Assembly (NCBI GenBank): GCA_965227295.1
Contig: OZ245742.1
Span: 1,856,001-1,920,000 of the forward strand
Length of the DNA stretch: 64,000 nucleotides
Direction: 5' to 3'
Origin: Leptonemataceae bacterium
GTDB lineage: Bacteria; Spirochaetota; Leptospiria; Leptospirales; Leptonemataceae
Made by a program: the position numbers and the translations under genes. The number at the start of each line of letters is the position of its first letter. The stretch's first letter is position 1. The notes beneath the pieces are model-generated. The model saw nothing but the letters and a program-made list of their open reading frames with translations. It ran no database searches and was not told the origin of the DNA. Positions 17,898-28,350 of this stretch are shown here, one piece after another.

Positions 17898-20012
17898 TTA
17901 CGTTTGTTCGTCGGCGCTCAGTACGAAGGACTCGGCCACTTCGTTGAGTCGGCGTGACTCCAGGTCCAGACGCGAAACCGACTCGGCGATGGTGTCCGCG
18001 TTGCGGGCCGTGCCCTGAGCCACATCGTTGATTTGATCCAGGGTGCGCGCCATCTCGGTGGTCGTCGCGGCTTCTTCGGCGCCGGCCCTGGCGATGCTGC
18101 GGGCCGTGTCGCTTAACTCATGAATGTTAGTGCGAATGCCTTCGCTGGTACGAGCCTGGCCCTGGGTGATCTTGCCCATCTCTTCGCCGAGGGACTGAGC
18201 GAGTTCCGCGGATTTGCGCATCTCTTCGACGGCGGTATCCAGTCCGCGGGTAAGCTTCGCACCCTCGGCCACCCGGGCGCGGTTGACGTCGACCAGGTGA
18301 CGAATCTCTTTGATCGCAGAGCCGGACTGATCGGCGAGTTTGGAAACTTCGTCGGCCACCACGGCAAAGCCGCGGCCGAATTCACCGGCGCGCGCGGCTT
18401 CAATCGAAGCGTTGAGCGCGAGCAGGTTCGTCTTTTCGGCGATGCCGGTAATCACATCGACGATGTGCAGGATGTCGTCGGAACTCGCTTCAATGTTTTG
18501 CATGCCTTCGATGGAGCTCAAGCTCACGTTGCGGGCCTGATCGGCGCGGGTAACGGATTCGCGCGCGGTATCGTTCACCACCGAAGCCTGCATGGTGAGT
18601 CGTTCGATGGAAGCACCGAGTTCTTCTTCCACGGCCTGCGTCGCCGCGCTCACGCGCCGGGACTGATCTTCCACCATGGACTGAATCTCTTTCGTCGTGG
18701 ACGCGACTTCTTCCATGGTGGCCGAGGCTTCCTCCACGGCCGAAGCCTGAGTCTGCGCGCCGTTGGAAAGTTCGTAAGCCGTCTGCGAGAGCGCGTTCAT
18801 TTCATTCGAAACCGAACGTGAGACTTCCCGGATGTGGCGGATCTTTTCCGCCAGGCTGTCCAGAAAGCGATGTACGTTCACGGCGGTCATGCCGGCCTCA
18901 TCGAGGCTCTGTGCGCCTCGCCGCCGCGACACGTCGCCTTCGCCGAGGCGATGCACCATGTCGTAGACGGCCTCGATACTGCGCAGCACCGCGGTGGAGT
19001 ACGTGAACGCCAGTGTGCCCGCGACGATCATCGCCGCGAAGGTGAACACGCCCAGCCAGATGCCGTACACGGGAGCGACGTTGGTAAGATCGTACGATGT
19101 ACTTGCAACGCTGACGAGCAGCCGGCCGTCGGAAGCGGACGTCCAGACCAGCAGCGCGTTCCTGCGGCCGTCATAGACGCTACCGGACTTTCCCGAGAAG
19201 GCCCGGGGCGCCGGGAAGCCGAATACACGCTCAAAATCCTGGACCTGCTTCAGATAGGCTGTGCGGGTGGATTCCGTGCGCGCGGCGGATCCGTTTTCGC
19301 TATGAATTAACATGTTATGATATTCCGTCAAATCAGCGGTAGATTTGCTCACGATGCCGCGCAGGGTCGTGTAGAAGCCCAGGCCGCCCAGCCAGACGGT
19401 ATAGCCCACGGCGAACAGGATGACGGCCAGAGATTGCTTCAAGCGCAGCCCGGCCCGGGTGCGGCGCAGATCCAGATTCCGGCGCACGCACTCGGCGGAC
19501 ACCTGTTCCGTCGCCGGGCCGGCCACCAGGCTTATGGCCCCGTAAATCAGAGCCGGGCAGGCGATGCCGCCGGCAACACCGCCGACCCATACGCTCATCG
19601 CGGACAGCACGCTATAGCCCGCGTAGATCCAGTAGCCGAAGTAGACGGCGGTGACGACGAACCAGATCACGGCGTAGATCGTGGTGGCGAAGGCGGGAAA
19701 GGCGAGCAAGCGTCGCAGCAGGGCGAGCGCGGCGCGATCGTCGTGGGCCGCGCGATTTGCAAACAAACGGTGGATTGCCGTACGCAAGGCCCGGGCACGC
19801 AGGATCAAGGCGAGCAGTCCGGCAATCAAGCCGACTCCCCAGGCTGCGAAGCCGGCTCCGCCGAGAGCGGACCAGTCCGACGGATGACTGTAGGACATGT
19901 AAAAGACGGCGCATATCCACAAAAAATTCCAGATGCTCCAGAGCGCCGTGTAAGTCGGGACGAGATACGGGAAACCGATGCGATCGGATTTTTGCAAAGT
20001 AGCGGCGTTCAT
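17898..20012 (-). CDS. Methyl-accepting chemotaxis protein with a multi-TM sensing region
   Basis: About 6 TM segments, HAMP, and the [37 protein letters not shown] hairpin. Confidence 0.94.
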   Translation of the reverse strand: MNAATLQKSDRIGFPYLVPTYTALWSIWNFLWICAVFYMSYSHPSDWSALGGAGFAAWGVGLIAGLLALILRARALRTAIHRLFANRAAHDDRAALALLRRLLAFPAFATTIYAVIWFVVTAVYFGYWIYAGYSVLSAMSVWVGGVAGGIACPALIYGAISLVAGPATEQVSAECVRRNLDLRRTRAGLRLKQSLAVILFAVGYTVWLGGLGFYTTLRGIVSKSTADLTEYHNMLIHSENGSAARTESTRTAYLKQVQDFERVFGFPAPRAFSGKSGSVYDGRRNALLVWTSASDGRLLVSVASTSYDLTNVAPVYGIWLGVFTFAAMIVAGTLAFTYSTAVLRSIEAVYDMVHRLGEGDVSRRRGAQSLDEAGMTAVNVHRFLDSLAEKIRHIREVSRSVSNEMNALSQTAYELSNGAQTQASAVEEASATMEEVASTTKEIQSMVEDQSRRVSAATQAVEEELGASIERLTMQASVVNDTARESVTRADQARNVSLSSIEGMQNIEASSDDILHIVDVITGIAEKTNLLALNASIEAARAGEFGRGFAVVADEVSKLADQSGSAIKEIRHLVDVNRARVAEGAKLTRGLDTAVEEMRKSAELAQSLGEEMGKITQGQARTSEGIRTNIHELSDTARSIARAGAEEAATTTEMARTLDQINDVAQGTARNADTIAESVSRLDLESRRLNEVAESFVLSADEQT

Positions 20013-20059
20013 TCAGAGAATGAGAAACGCAAAAGCGTACGCCGTCAACATCCAAATCT

Positions 20060-20086
20060 TTATCGAATGAAATTCTAATACTCTGA
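20060..20086 (-). promoter_or_regulatory. Possible sigma-28 (FliA) promoter of the MCP
   Basis: TCAG-N15-TTCGATAA versus the consensus TAAA-N15-GCCGATAA, about 50 nt upstream of the MCP start. Confidence 0.4.
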
Positions 20087-20095
20087 TGCAGGAAC

Positions 20096-20836
20096 TTATA
20101 ATAAATCTAAATTAATATAATCATCAGTTTGTATGCGGCGCACGATCTCGCGTACGGCGGAGCGCACGTTTTTCAGGCGAACGATATCCTGACGTACTTC
20201 GATTTCCAGGCCGGCATATTCCCGCTCCGGGAAGCTTTTGCGCAGAGCCGTGGTGTGACCGTCGGAGATTCCGCGATACGGTTGGTTGCGATGCACGGCT
20301 ACCGATTGGCCGTGCACGGTCGGGAGGACGGCCTGGAGGTCCCGAATGAACGCATCGGCGAAGGGTCGTTCGCTGCGGCGGGAGGGATCGTAGAGAATAC
20401 CGATGCCGGTCTTGCGAATGAGCGCGGACTCGTTCTGTCCGAGGACCGGAGTGAACGTATGAATGCTTAAGTGCAGGACGAAGGTTCCCGTTTGTGTTAA
20501 GTCGTGGATCGCCTCGCGCACCCGGCTGCGAAACGGCTCATAGTAGTTACGCAAGAGGGCGTCGCGCTCTTCTTGCGGGAGCAGCCGCGAGAACTCCGAA
20601 AAGAGCCGACGATGATGCACGGAACGGTTCAGGTCGATGAGCAGGCGACTCATTTCGCCGGCGGCGGCAAAGTCCGCGCGGTCTTTCAATTCTGCGAAAA
20701 GCTTTCGCGCTCCCGGATCGTAGCCGCGATGACCCTGCAGGGCCTGGTGGGCCTCGGGACTCAGGAAATACGGTCGATACGCGGGCGGAACAAAGTTCAC
20801 CGCGTGTTCGCAGGTGAGAACGAGTCGGATTTGCAT
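20096..20836 (-). CDS. N-formylglutamate amidohydrolase family
   Basis: LTCEHA, HRGYDPGA, SRLLIDLNRS, HLSIHTFTP, NQPYRG and EIEVRQD. Confidence 0.9.
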   Translation of the reverse strand: MQIRLVLTCEHAVNFVPPAYRPYFLSPEAHQALQGHRGYDPGARKLFAELKDRADFAAAGEMSRLLIDLNRSVHHRRLFSEFSRLLPQEERDALLRNYYEPFRSRVREAIHDLTQTGTFVLHLSIHTFTPVLGQNESALIRKTGIGILYDPSRRSERPFADAFIRDLQAVLPTVHGQSVAVHRNQPYRGISDGHTTALRKSFPEREYAGLEIEVRQDIVRLKNVRSAVREIVRRIQTDDYINLDLL

Positions 20837-20840
20837 GATC

Positions 20841-22106
20841 TTACAACGCGAGGCCGTTGCGGCTCAGACAGTCGGCGAGGCCCTGGTAGACGGTGAGCAG
20901 GGCCAGGTGGTCCCGGCCGAGTAAAAAGCGTTCGCGGATGTACTCCGCGAGACTGCCCCGGTGGAGGACGGCGCGCAGAATGTTTCGTGTGTCGTCGGAA
21001 AGATCGTCGGCGACGTCCGTAAAGAGCCGCCGCCAGACGTCGTTCATGGTGGGCACAGCGCCGCCGGGCCCTGTCAAATCACTAATATTAATTCCAAATA
21101 AGTTAAGATAGTTACCGTACAGCTCTATTTCCCTGAGAACCGCGCGGTCCGCGCGGCGTACGCAACGCCGGTAGATTCGGTACAGGTCGCCGGTATCCAC
21201 CGCGCACTGCTCCGCGTACGAAACCAGGCGTTCGTCCACGAGTCGCCGGAGCAGGGCGACGACGATTTCGGCGCAGGCCAGGTCGGCGGCCGGGCATTCC
21301 TGCAAATCCATGATGCGAATTTCGATCGCGCCCCGGTCGAAGCGGGCGATGGCGCCGCGGGAGTTCAACCAGTACGGTTCGAAGATGCCGTCCGGATCGT
21401 GGGGTTTTACGGCGGCCATCATGGGTGCGAAGATCCGGCTTTCGTAAGCGGCTTCGTCAAAGACGGCCTCGGGGATCACCTGTCCGGCGATTTCCGGGAT
21501 GCGCTGTTGGTTCTTTTCGTAGACGGCCAGGCGCGTATCCAGTTCGCCGGTGAGATGATCTTCGAGAATGGGTGTGCTCGCACAGAGCGCCGGCAGCAGC
21601 GGCAGGACGATGCGTACGGCGGCGTGCAGGCGGCCGAACTCCTCGTCGTTCGCGAACGGCAGGTTAATGTGCATTGACTGTAAGTTACGCCAGCCGTGCC
21701 CGCGACTGTCGAAGATGCGGTCGTAGAGTCGGTAGATTTCACTGTTTTCGTGGGGCCAGAGTTCCGATTCGTGCGGACGCAGGAACGGATGGGCGCCGGT
21801 GCCGAGCAAGCGCGCGTTATGAGCCGCGAGGCCGCGATTGGCCTCGCTAACGCTTTCGTGAAAAGACGCCGCGAGGCCGGCGAGCGTCCGTGCCGGGCCG
21901 TCGGTCTTGAACTCGACGACGTGATTCACCAGTTCGTTGGACCAGGCGATGCCGCGTCCGGCGACGTACTCGCCGCAACCGGCCTTGCCGCTGACGTCCT
22001 GGAAGAGTTGATCGCAAATGGGCGCCACGGTGAGGTCGTCGCGGTGGACGATCATATACTCCAGTTCTATGCCGTAAGCTTCGAATAAATGTAACTTAGC
22101 GCTCAC
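20841..22106 (-). CDS. Glutamate--cysteine ligase family 2 (carboxylate-amine ligase)
   Basis: YGIELEYMIV, SNELVNHVVEFKT, GAHP, QSMHINL and NSRGAIARFDRGAIEIRIMDLQE. Confidence 0.88.
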   Translation of the reverse strand: MSAKLHLFEAYGIELEYMIVHRDDLTVAPICDQLFQDVSGKAGCGEYVAGRGIAWSNELVNHVVEFKTDGPARTLAGLAASFHESVSEANRGLAAHNARLLGTGAHPFLRPHESELWPHENSEIYRLYDRIFDSRGHGWRNLQSMHINLPFANDEEFGRLHAAVRIVLPLLPALCASTPILEDHLTGELDTRLAVYEKNQQRIPEIAGQVIPEAVFDEAAYESRIFAPMMAAVKPHDPDGIFEPYWLNSRGAIARFDRGAIEIRIMDLQECPAADLACAEIVVALLRRLVDERLVSYAEQCAVDTGDLYRIYRRCVRRADRAVLREIELYGNYLNLFGINISDLTGPGGAVPTMNDVWRRLFTDVADDLSDDTRNILRAVLHRGSLAEYIRERFLLGRDHLALLTVYQGLADCLSRNGLAL

Positions 22107-23635
22107 GTGCGATCCTGTTTGCCCGGGGCCGCCCGGCGTTGCTCCAGGCGTTTGCGAAACGTCATCATGATCGTTCGATAGAGTTCGTCGCCGAGGACGC
22201 CGTCTTCCACCCCGCGTTCAATGCTGGGATTGTCGTTGACCTCGATGACCGCGGCGGTTCCGTCGGCGAGTTCTTTGAGATCCACGCCGTAGAAACCGTC
22301 ACCGATCAGAGCCGCCGCGCGCAGGGCCGTGCTGATGACGTTCTCCGGGGTTTCACTTACGGGCACGCTGTCGAACTCGCCTTCGAAATCCCCGGCGGTG
22401 CGTTTGTTCTGTCGCGCGTCCCAGTTGTAGATCTGCCAGTGCCCGCGGGCCATGTAGTAGCGACACGCGTACAGCGGCGCGCCGTCAATGAGGCCGATGC
22501 GCCAGTCGTAGTCGGTGGGCAGGAACTCCTGGGCGATGATCAAATCCGAAAGGCCCAGCATGCGATCGAGCTTCGCGCGGAGTTCCTCCGGGTTCGCGGC
22601 CTTCTCGACGCCCTGGGAAAACGACGAGTCCGGTAGCTTTAACACGCAGGGCAGGCCCAGTTCCGCTTCCACGCGTTCGCGGTTTTCGGTGTGTACGATC
22701 ATGGTACGCGGCGTGCGGATTTTCGCACGACCTAAGAGTTCGGCGAGATACACCTTGTTCGTGCAACGTAAGATCGAGTCCGGGTCGTCGATGACGATGA
22801 GTCCGTCCGCCGCGGCCTTGCGGGCGATTCGGTAGGTGTGGTGATTGACCGCCGTGGTTTCGCGAATGAACAGCGCGTCGAACTCGCCGATGCGCCCGGC
22901 GTCGGTGCGCGTTAACATTTCCGTACTGAAACCTAACGATTGGGCGGCCTCGACGAATTTCGCGATGGCCCGTTTGTCCGAGGGCGGCGCCGCTTCCTCG
23001 GGGTTCGTGAGGATGGCGAGATCGTAGACGAAGGGGTCTTTCTTTACGCCGGGGAAACGCTTGCGGGCGAAGACTTCCCGCGCCGCGCTGCGCAGCACCT
23101 CGCGATCGCCGACGTCCTCCGGAATTTCTTTCAGGCCCAGAAAACGTACGCTGTGGACGGTCCAGACGTTCTGTTTGTTGAGCACGAAGCGCGCGCGCAG
23201 ATACGGTGCGCGAAACAGTTCGTAGAGTTGCCGGCTGAGTTTCGCCAGCTCCGGCACCACCGAGCGGCCGAAGTAGATGTTCGATTCGAAGAATGGTTCG
23301 CTGCCGCTGATGCGGCGGAGCGTGCGTTGCACGAGATCGTCGAGTTCGTCGCTGACCACGCGAACGATGGAGCGGTCGCGGAGATCCTGGATGGTCATTA
23401 CCGTGGGCATCACGCGATGTTGCCGTGCCTCGGCCAGGAGCGATACGTAATATCCGCGCGTCTGATATTTGTACTCGCGGCAGAGATTGTAGACGTGCGC
23501 GTTCTTGATCGCGGCGAAGGACGGGTCCGTGAGATACTCCTGAGCGGTGACGATGCGCAGGGCGCCGTCGTCCTCGATGAAGTCGGCGACGAGTTTGCGG
23601 TCCGCGGGATGAGTGAGGACGACGATTTTTTCCAT
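22103..23635 (-). CDS. RimK-family ATP-grasp peptide ligase with N-terminal RLAN domain
   Basis: NLCREYKYQTRGYYVSLLAEAR (RLAN); FIRETT, CTNKVY, LKLPDSSFSQGV, QEFLPTDYDWR, YGVDLK and IEVNDNP. Confidence 0.92.
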   Translation of the reverse strand: MEKIVVLTHPADRKLVADFIEDDGALRIVTAQEYLTDPSFAAIKNAHVYNLCREYKYQTRGYYVSLLAEARQHRVMPTVMTIQDLRDRSIVRVVSDELDDLVQRTLRRISGSEPFFESNIYFGRSVVPELAKLSRQLYELFRAPYLRARFVLNKQNVWTVHSVRFLGLKEIPEDVGDREVLRSAAREVFARKRFPGVKKDPFVYDLAILTNPEEAAPPSDKRAIAKFVEAAQSLGFSTEMLTRTDAGRIGEFDALFIRETTAVNHHTYRIARKAAADGLIVIDDPDSILRCTNKVYLAELLGRAKIRTPRTMIVHTENRERVEAELGLPCVLKLPDSSFSQGVEKAANPEELRAKLDRMLGLSDLIIAQEFLPTDYDWRIGLIDGAPLYACRYYMARGHWQIYNWDARQNKRTAGDFEGEFDSVPVSETPENVISTALRAAALIGDGFYGVDLKELADGTAAVIEVNDNPSIERGVEDGVLGDELYRTIMMTFRKRLEQRRAAPGKQDRT

Positions 23636-23647
23636 GAGCGGGAGCGA

Positions 23648-24355
23648 TTAATATGGCTCGATTACGAGCAGGTTCGAGTCGTAGGTGAGTACGCCGAGGA
23701 GAACGGAGTGGATCAACCGGCCGGCATCCACCCGATAAAAATGATCACTGGAAATGGGATTCTCTTTGTACGGATCCGCGACCAGTACCTCGGAACTCTG
23801 CGCATCGTAGCCGCACAGCACGACGAAGTGGCCGGTGGGATCGCCGCGCACGTCGTCGTAGATCGCGCGATTGTCTTCGTCGGTAAACTCGCGTTTGCTG
23901 TTGTAGAGATACGTAACACTCAGGCCCGTGATGACGGGACGATTATCGTGCAGCAACTCGTGGAGCAACTCCGGTTGTAGAATGGGAAAGAGTTCGAGGC
24001 GCCCGCCGAGCTCCAGGAAACGCACGTAGGCCCGGGTGGCCTCGTGCAGCTTGCGTCCGGGTTTGTGCCGTAGCTGCTCGCGTAGTTTTTCGATGAGGGC
24101 CTCGGAGTCCAGTCCGGCCCAGGTGGGATCGAAGATGCGCAGGTTGTACGTAACAATTTTTGCCTGGAAGTTACGCTGAAGTGCGTCGATGCCCAGCAGC
24201 ACCGCCAGGGTGCCGCCGTCTTCGAGGTACCGGACCTGTTGGATGAGGTCGAGGAGCTCGATGTCGAGGCCGTAGTACCGGTATACGGCTTCGAGGGAGG
24301 TGGGCCCGCAGGTAACGTCGTCGGGTTGGGGTAAGATCCGTATGTTCGCGTTCAC
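23648..24355 (-). CDS. Peptidase C39-like (papain fold) protein
   Basis: QPDDVTCGPT (catalytic Cys), GHFVVLCGY (His) and VADPY (Asp). Confidence 0.88.
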   Translation of the reverse strand: MNANIRILPQPDDVTCGPTSLEAVYRYYGLDIELLDLIQQVRYLEDGGTLAVLLGIDALQRNFQAKIVTYNLRIFDPTWAGLDSEALIEKLREQLRHKPGRKLHEATRAYVRFLELGGRLELFPILQPELLHELLHDNRPVITGLSVTYLYNSKREFTDEDNRAIYDDVRGDPTGHFVVLCGYDAQSSEVLVADPYKENPISSDHFYRVDAGRLIHSVLLGVLTYDSNLLVIEPY

Positions 24356-24442
24356 GCTTTGCTGCGGAATAAGCTAATGCCGGTCGAAAAGGCAAGCATT
24401 ATTCTCCTTGACCGGACCTCGCGACGCGTTTTTTTATAGTCT

Positions 24443-24949
24443 GTGATTCTCCGGCGAGCAACAGCCACGTTTTTGCTTGCGTACTTTGCGTGGGCTGCCT
24501 TTGGTTCGGTCTTTGCCGGTGAGCATGTCCATCACGACGCCTCCGGCAGGACCGTTCACCGTCACGAGGAGAACACGCATCCGGGTGACTCGCACCAGCA
24601 TTCCGACGGTGCCGACCATACGCACCGCCACCATCATCATAAGAAGAAAGCTACCGGTTCCGCCGCCGCTCCACGAGTCGGCGGGGAAGTATCTCGCCCG
24701 CAGGCCCTTTCCCACGACGCGGCGTCGCTGCTTTCATCATTGCTGTCCGGTCTCTCCATCGAACGCAGTGTCACTGTGCCGGCACCCGTGCAGGCGTTCC
24801 TCGCGCCGCCCGTCCATCGTGGCCGGGCTCGTGCGGCGAAACCGGTCGGTTTCGTGCACATTCGCGAAGGGCCGTGCATAGCAACCCCGTCCGCTTTTCT
24901 CAAAGTTCAGCATCCTCGCCCCCCCGCCCATCCTCTAACATTAACGTAA
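24443..24949 (+). CDS. His-rich exported protein, candidate metal-binding
   Basis: Hydrophobic N-terminus, then EHVHHD...HRHEENTH...HQH...HTHRHHHH; C-terminal RPPA; sits upstream of the heavy-metal efflux remnant. Confidence 0.6.
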   Translation: MILRRATATFLLAYFAWAAFGSVFAGEHVHHDASGRTVHRHEENTHPGDSHQHSDGADHTHRHHHHKKKATGSAAAPRVGGEVSRPQALSHDAASLLSSLLSGLSIERSVTVPAPVQAFLAPPVHRGRARAAKPVGFVHIREGPCIATPSAFLKVQHPRPPAHPLTLT

Positions 24950-24986
24950 CGTAAGTTACTCAACGAAGCGTTGGCGCGCGTACAGC

Positions 24987-26670
24987 GTGCTCGACAGACT
25001 CATTCGTTTATCGCTCGCACGGCGTGGTGTCGTGCTCGGCGCCCCCGGAGTCACCGGCGTGCGGAGTTCTTCGAAGCGCGGCATCGCTCTGGTGCGCGCG
25101 GACTTGCCGGATGATGTGCGCGCCCGCCTGGGACCGATCAGTTCGATCATGGGAGAAATTCTTTTGATCGGTCTGACGGCGGAAGACGATGCGACGTCGC
25201 TGCGGGACGTCCGCACGTTTGCGGGACGAATCGAACGAACCCTGGCCGATCTGCAACGGGAAGCCGGCGACGGCATTGACATTCACGGCGACCTTTTTCG
25301 CCAGGCGGCCTTCATTGAACGGGCGGTGGACAACGTGCTCGAAGCGGTGCGGGACGGATCCCTGATCGTCGCGATTGTGCTAATATTATTTCTATGGAAC
25401 TTACGGGCGGCCGCCATTACATTGCTCGCTCTGCCGTTGTCGCTTTTCGGCGGGATTGCGGCGCTGAGCGCGCTGGGCTTCGGTGTGAACACCATGACCC
25501 TGGGAGGCCTGGCGGTGGCCGTCGGGGAACTCGTGGACGATGCCGTCGTGGATGTGGAGAACTGTTTCGGGCGGTTGCGGGAGAACCGGCTGCTCGCCGA
25601 ACCCCGGCCGGCCCATCAGGTGATCTTTGAAGCTTCTTCCGAAATTCGCAACAGCATCGTGCTCGCGACAATCACCGTGATTTTAGTGTTCGTGCCGCTC
25701 TTTTTTCTCGGCGGAGTTGAAGGCCGGCTCTTCCAGCCCCTCGCCGTAGTAAGAGCATGATCGTGCGTTTGCTGAAGTCCGCGCAGGAACGTAACCTGAG
25801 ACGAATCATCCGGCGTCCCTGGCCGCCCGTAATTACTGCCGCGTTGTTGTTTATGGCAGCCCTCGCGGCAATTCCATTCCTCGGTCGTGCGTTCTTGCCT
25901 GCGTTCAACGAAGGCACGCTCACCATCGAGGTGCTGTCGAAGCCGGGCACCGCGCATCCCCGGTGTTGTCGACCTGCGTTCCGAACAGATGTCGCCGGCG
26001 CCGGAGTATAAGGTCGTTGTGAATCACGAGGCGGCGGGGCGTTACGGTCTGCCGGTGCCGGAACTCGTGCAGGGCCTCGAGGCCGCGCAGGGCGGGACGG
26101 TCGTCGGTCGTGTTCTGGAAGGCGATCGATTCGTGCCGGAACTTCTGCGTCTGGACGAACAGTCTCGGGCGCCCGAACGCCTGGCCCGGTTTACGCTGCG
26201 ACATCTGCCGGACGGCACGCCGATCCGTTTAAGTGACGTGGCCGATCTCTACGAAAGCGAGGGCCCGTACGAGATTCAACGAGAGGACGGAGAACGGCGC
26301 CTCGCGGTGGAACTCAACTCCGCCGCCCGGCGCATGTTCTGGCTGTCCCTCCTGGCAGTGCTCGGAATCAGCGCCGTCGTCTACGCTAACTTTCGGTCAA
26401 TAATTCTTACAGTGCAGATCCTCCTGAATCTGCCGTTCGCCTTGATCGGCGGGGTATTCGCGCTGCTCGTGACGGGCACGCCTCTGTCCGTGGCGAGCCT
26501 GGTGGGCTTCGTCGCTCTGGCCGGCATCGCCGCGCGGAACGGCATCCTGATGATTTCGCACTTTGAGCATCTTATGCGCGTCGAGGGTGAGCCCTTTTCC
26601 GTGGCCACCATCATCCGCGGCGCCCTGGAGCGACTCACACCGGTTCTCATGACGGCGGGCACGGCGATCC
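24987..26670 (+). pseudogene. CusA/CzcA heavy-metal RND permease, fragmented by multiple deletions and frameshifts
   Basis: LGPISSIMGEI, NTMTLGGLAVAVGELVDDAVVDVEN, FLPAFNEGTL, GIAARNGILMISHF and ERLTPVLMTA lie in three frames; about 1.7 kb versus about 3.1 kb for an intact gene. Confidence 0.85.
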
Positions 26671-26731
26671 TGTTGCCCTGGGGGCGGAGTCCCCGCGCCC
26701 CCTGGACCTCGAAGCGTATCTCGAACGTGCG

Positions 26732-27226
26732 GTGCAACACGCGCCGGCCACACTTTCGTTCGAAGCCTACGGCGGTTACGGCCCCGACCGTGACGCCATC
26801 GATCCGAAGCGGCCGGAGCTGGGAGCCGGACTGCGCATTCGTTTTCCGTTGTATGCGTCCCGGGACCGCGAGGCGCAACTGGATGCCGGCCGCGGAAGAA
26901 TCGAAGCCCTGCGGTTCGAAGCGGAGCAGGAACTGCGCGAACTCCGCGTGGAACTGCACGAGCGGCACGCCGGCATCGAACGCGATCGTGTCATTGTGAA
27001 AGAACTGGAAGGCCTTATCGAAGCGGCCGGCCGCAGCCTGCGCCTGGGCTACTCGGAGTTTCGCCGCGGCCAAAAAGGCCCCGCGGACATGATCGATGCC
27101 GTGGAAACTCTGTTTGAACTGCGCCGGGAACGCCTGAACAAGCTGTTCCGCCTGCGGCTCGCCCTCTTCGAAGAGTATTCGCTCTTAATGTTAAGCAAAC
27201 AAAAATTAAAGGAGAATGAACCATGA
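26732..27226 (+). pseudogene. TolC-family outer-membrane efflux protein, C-terminal fragment
   Basis: GAGLRIRFPLY beta-strand followed by helices with YSEFRRGQKGPADMIDA; no N-terminal half. Confidence 0.65.
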
Positions 27227-27487
27227 ATCGAACTGCAAACTTTTACGCCCCGGGACTGGCCGTGCTGTTCATTGGGATAACGGCTCTCGGTGCCCACGAC
27301 GAAGGCCACGAGGTGCCGGATCAACTGCCGCCCATCGGCCCCCACGGCGGCAAGTACGGCAAGATGGAGCGTCACTTCGCCGAGATTACGGTGCAGGGCG
27401 ACACCGTGACGGTTTATATTCTGGAGCCGGACGTGAAACACGTTGCCGAAGACGCCACGGGCGTTACCGCGGCGTTGAGCCGCCGGT
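27223..27487 (+). pseudogene. Small periplasmic GPHGG-motif metal-binding protein, probably truncated
   Basis: Signal peptide, HDEGHE, GPHGG, HFAEI and VTVYIL; the frame then runs antisense into the convergent mscS gene. Confidence 0.55.
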
Positions 27488-28315
27488 TCACTGCGATCCG
27501 ATCATATGAACGTCCATCTGCGGAAACGGAATGGAGATGCCGGCGCGATCAAAAGCGGGTTTTACGCGATCGCGCAGATCCCGGCGAACGTCCAGGAAGT
27601 CCGGCGTGCGCACCCAGGGGCGAATGATCAGGTTTACGCTGCTATCCGCGAGGGCGTCGACGGAAATGATCGGCTCCGGATCGTCGAGGATGCGTTCGTC
27701 GGCGGCCAGCATTTCCGCGAGCACGGCCTTCGCTTTTTCGATGTCGTCGTTGTAACTGATGCCGAAGACGAGGTCGATGCGCCGCGTATCCCGGGCGGTG
27801 TGGTTGACGATGAGCCCGGAGTACACGTCGCCGTTTTGTACGATCATGACGCGGTTGTCCCGGCTGCGCAGGACCGTACTGAAAATGGAAATCTTTTCAA
27901 CGATGCCCTCGGTGCCCGCGGCTTCGATGTAGTCGCCGCTGCGAAAGGGCTGGAAGACAATCAGCAGAATGCCCGCCGCGAAGTTTCTCAGAAAACCCTG
28001 GAGCGCGAGGCCGATGGCGAGGCCGGCCGCGCCCAGCACCGCCACGAGAGACGTGGTTTCCACGCCGAGTCTTCCCAGGGCCGCAATGACCACGATCGCG
28101 AGCAACGAGATGCGCACCACCGATCGCAGAAAGTTCTTTTGCGCGTCGTCAAGAGATGTACGCCGCAACGTCCGGCCGAAGATTGCGACCAGTACGCGGG
28201 TTACGACATAACCCAGCAGTAGAATGAGCAGGGCGATGAGGACGTCTACGGTCCCCGGGAGGATATGTTCCTCGAAGAATGTATGCCAATCGAGAGATTC
28301 GAGCCAGCTGATCAT
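27488..28315 (-). CDS. mscS: Small-conductance mechanosensitive channel
   Basis: LGAAGLAIGLALQGFLRNFAAG, PFRSGDYIE, RRIDLVFGISYNDD and IPFPQMDVH. Confidence 0.92.
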   Translation of the reverse strand: MISWLESLDWHTFFEEHILPGTVDVLIALLILLLGYVVTRVLVAIFGRTLRRTSLDDAQKNFLRSVVRISLLAIVVIAALGRLGVETTSLVAVLGAAGLAIGLALQGFLRNFAAGILLIVFQPFRSGDYIEAAGTEGIVEKISIFSTVLRSRDNRVMIVQNGDVYSGLIVNHTARDTRRIDLVFGISYNDDIEKAKAVLAEMLAADERILDDPEPIISVDALADSSVNLIIRPWVRTPDFLDVRRDLRDRVKPAFDRAGISIPFPQMDVHMIGSQ

Positions 28316-28350
28316 ACCATAAACGTAAGCACACGGCTCGCGTTCGTCAT

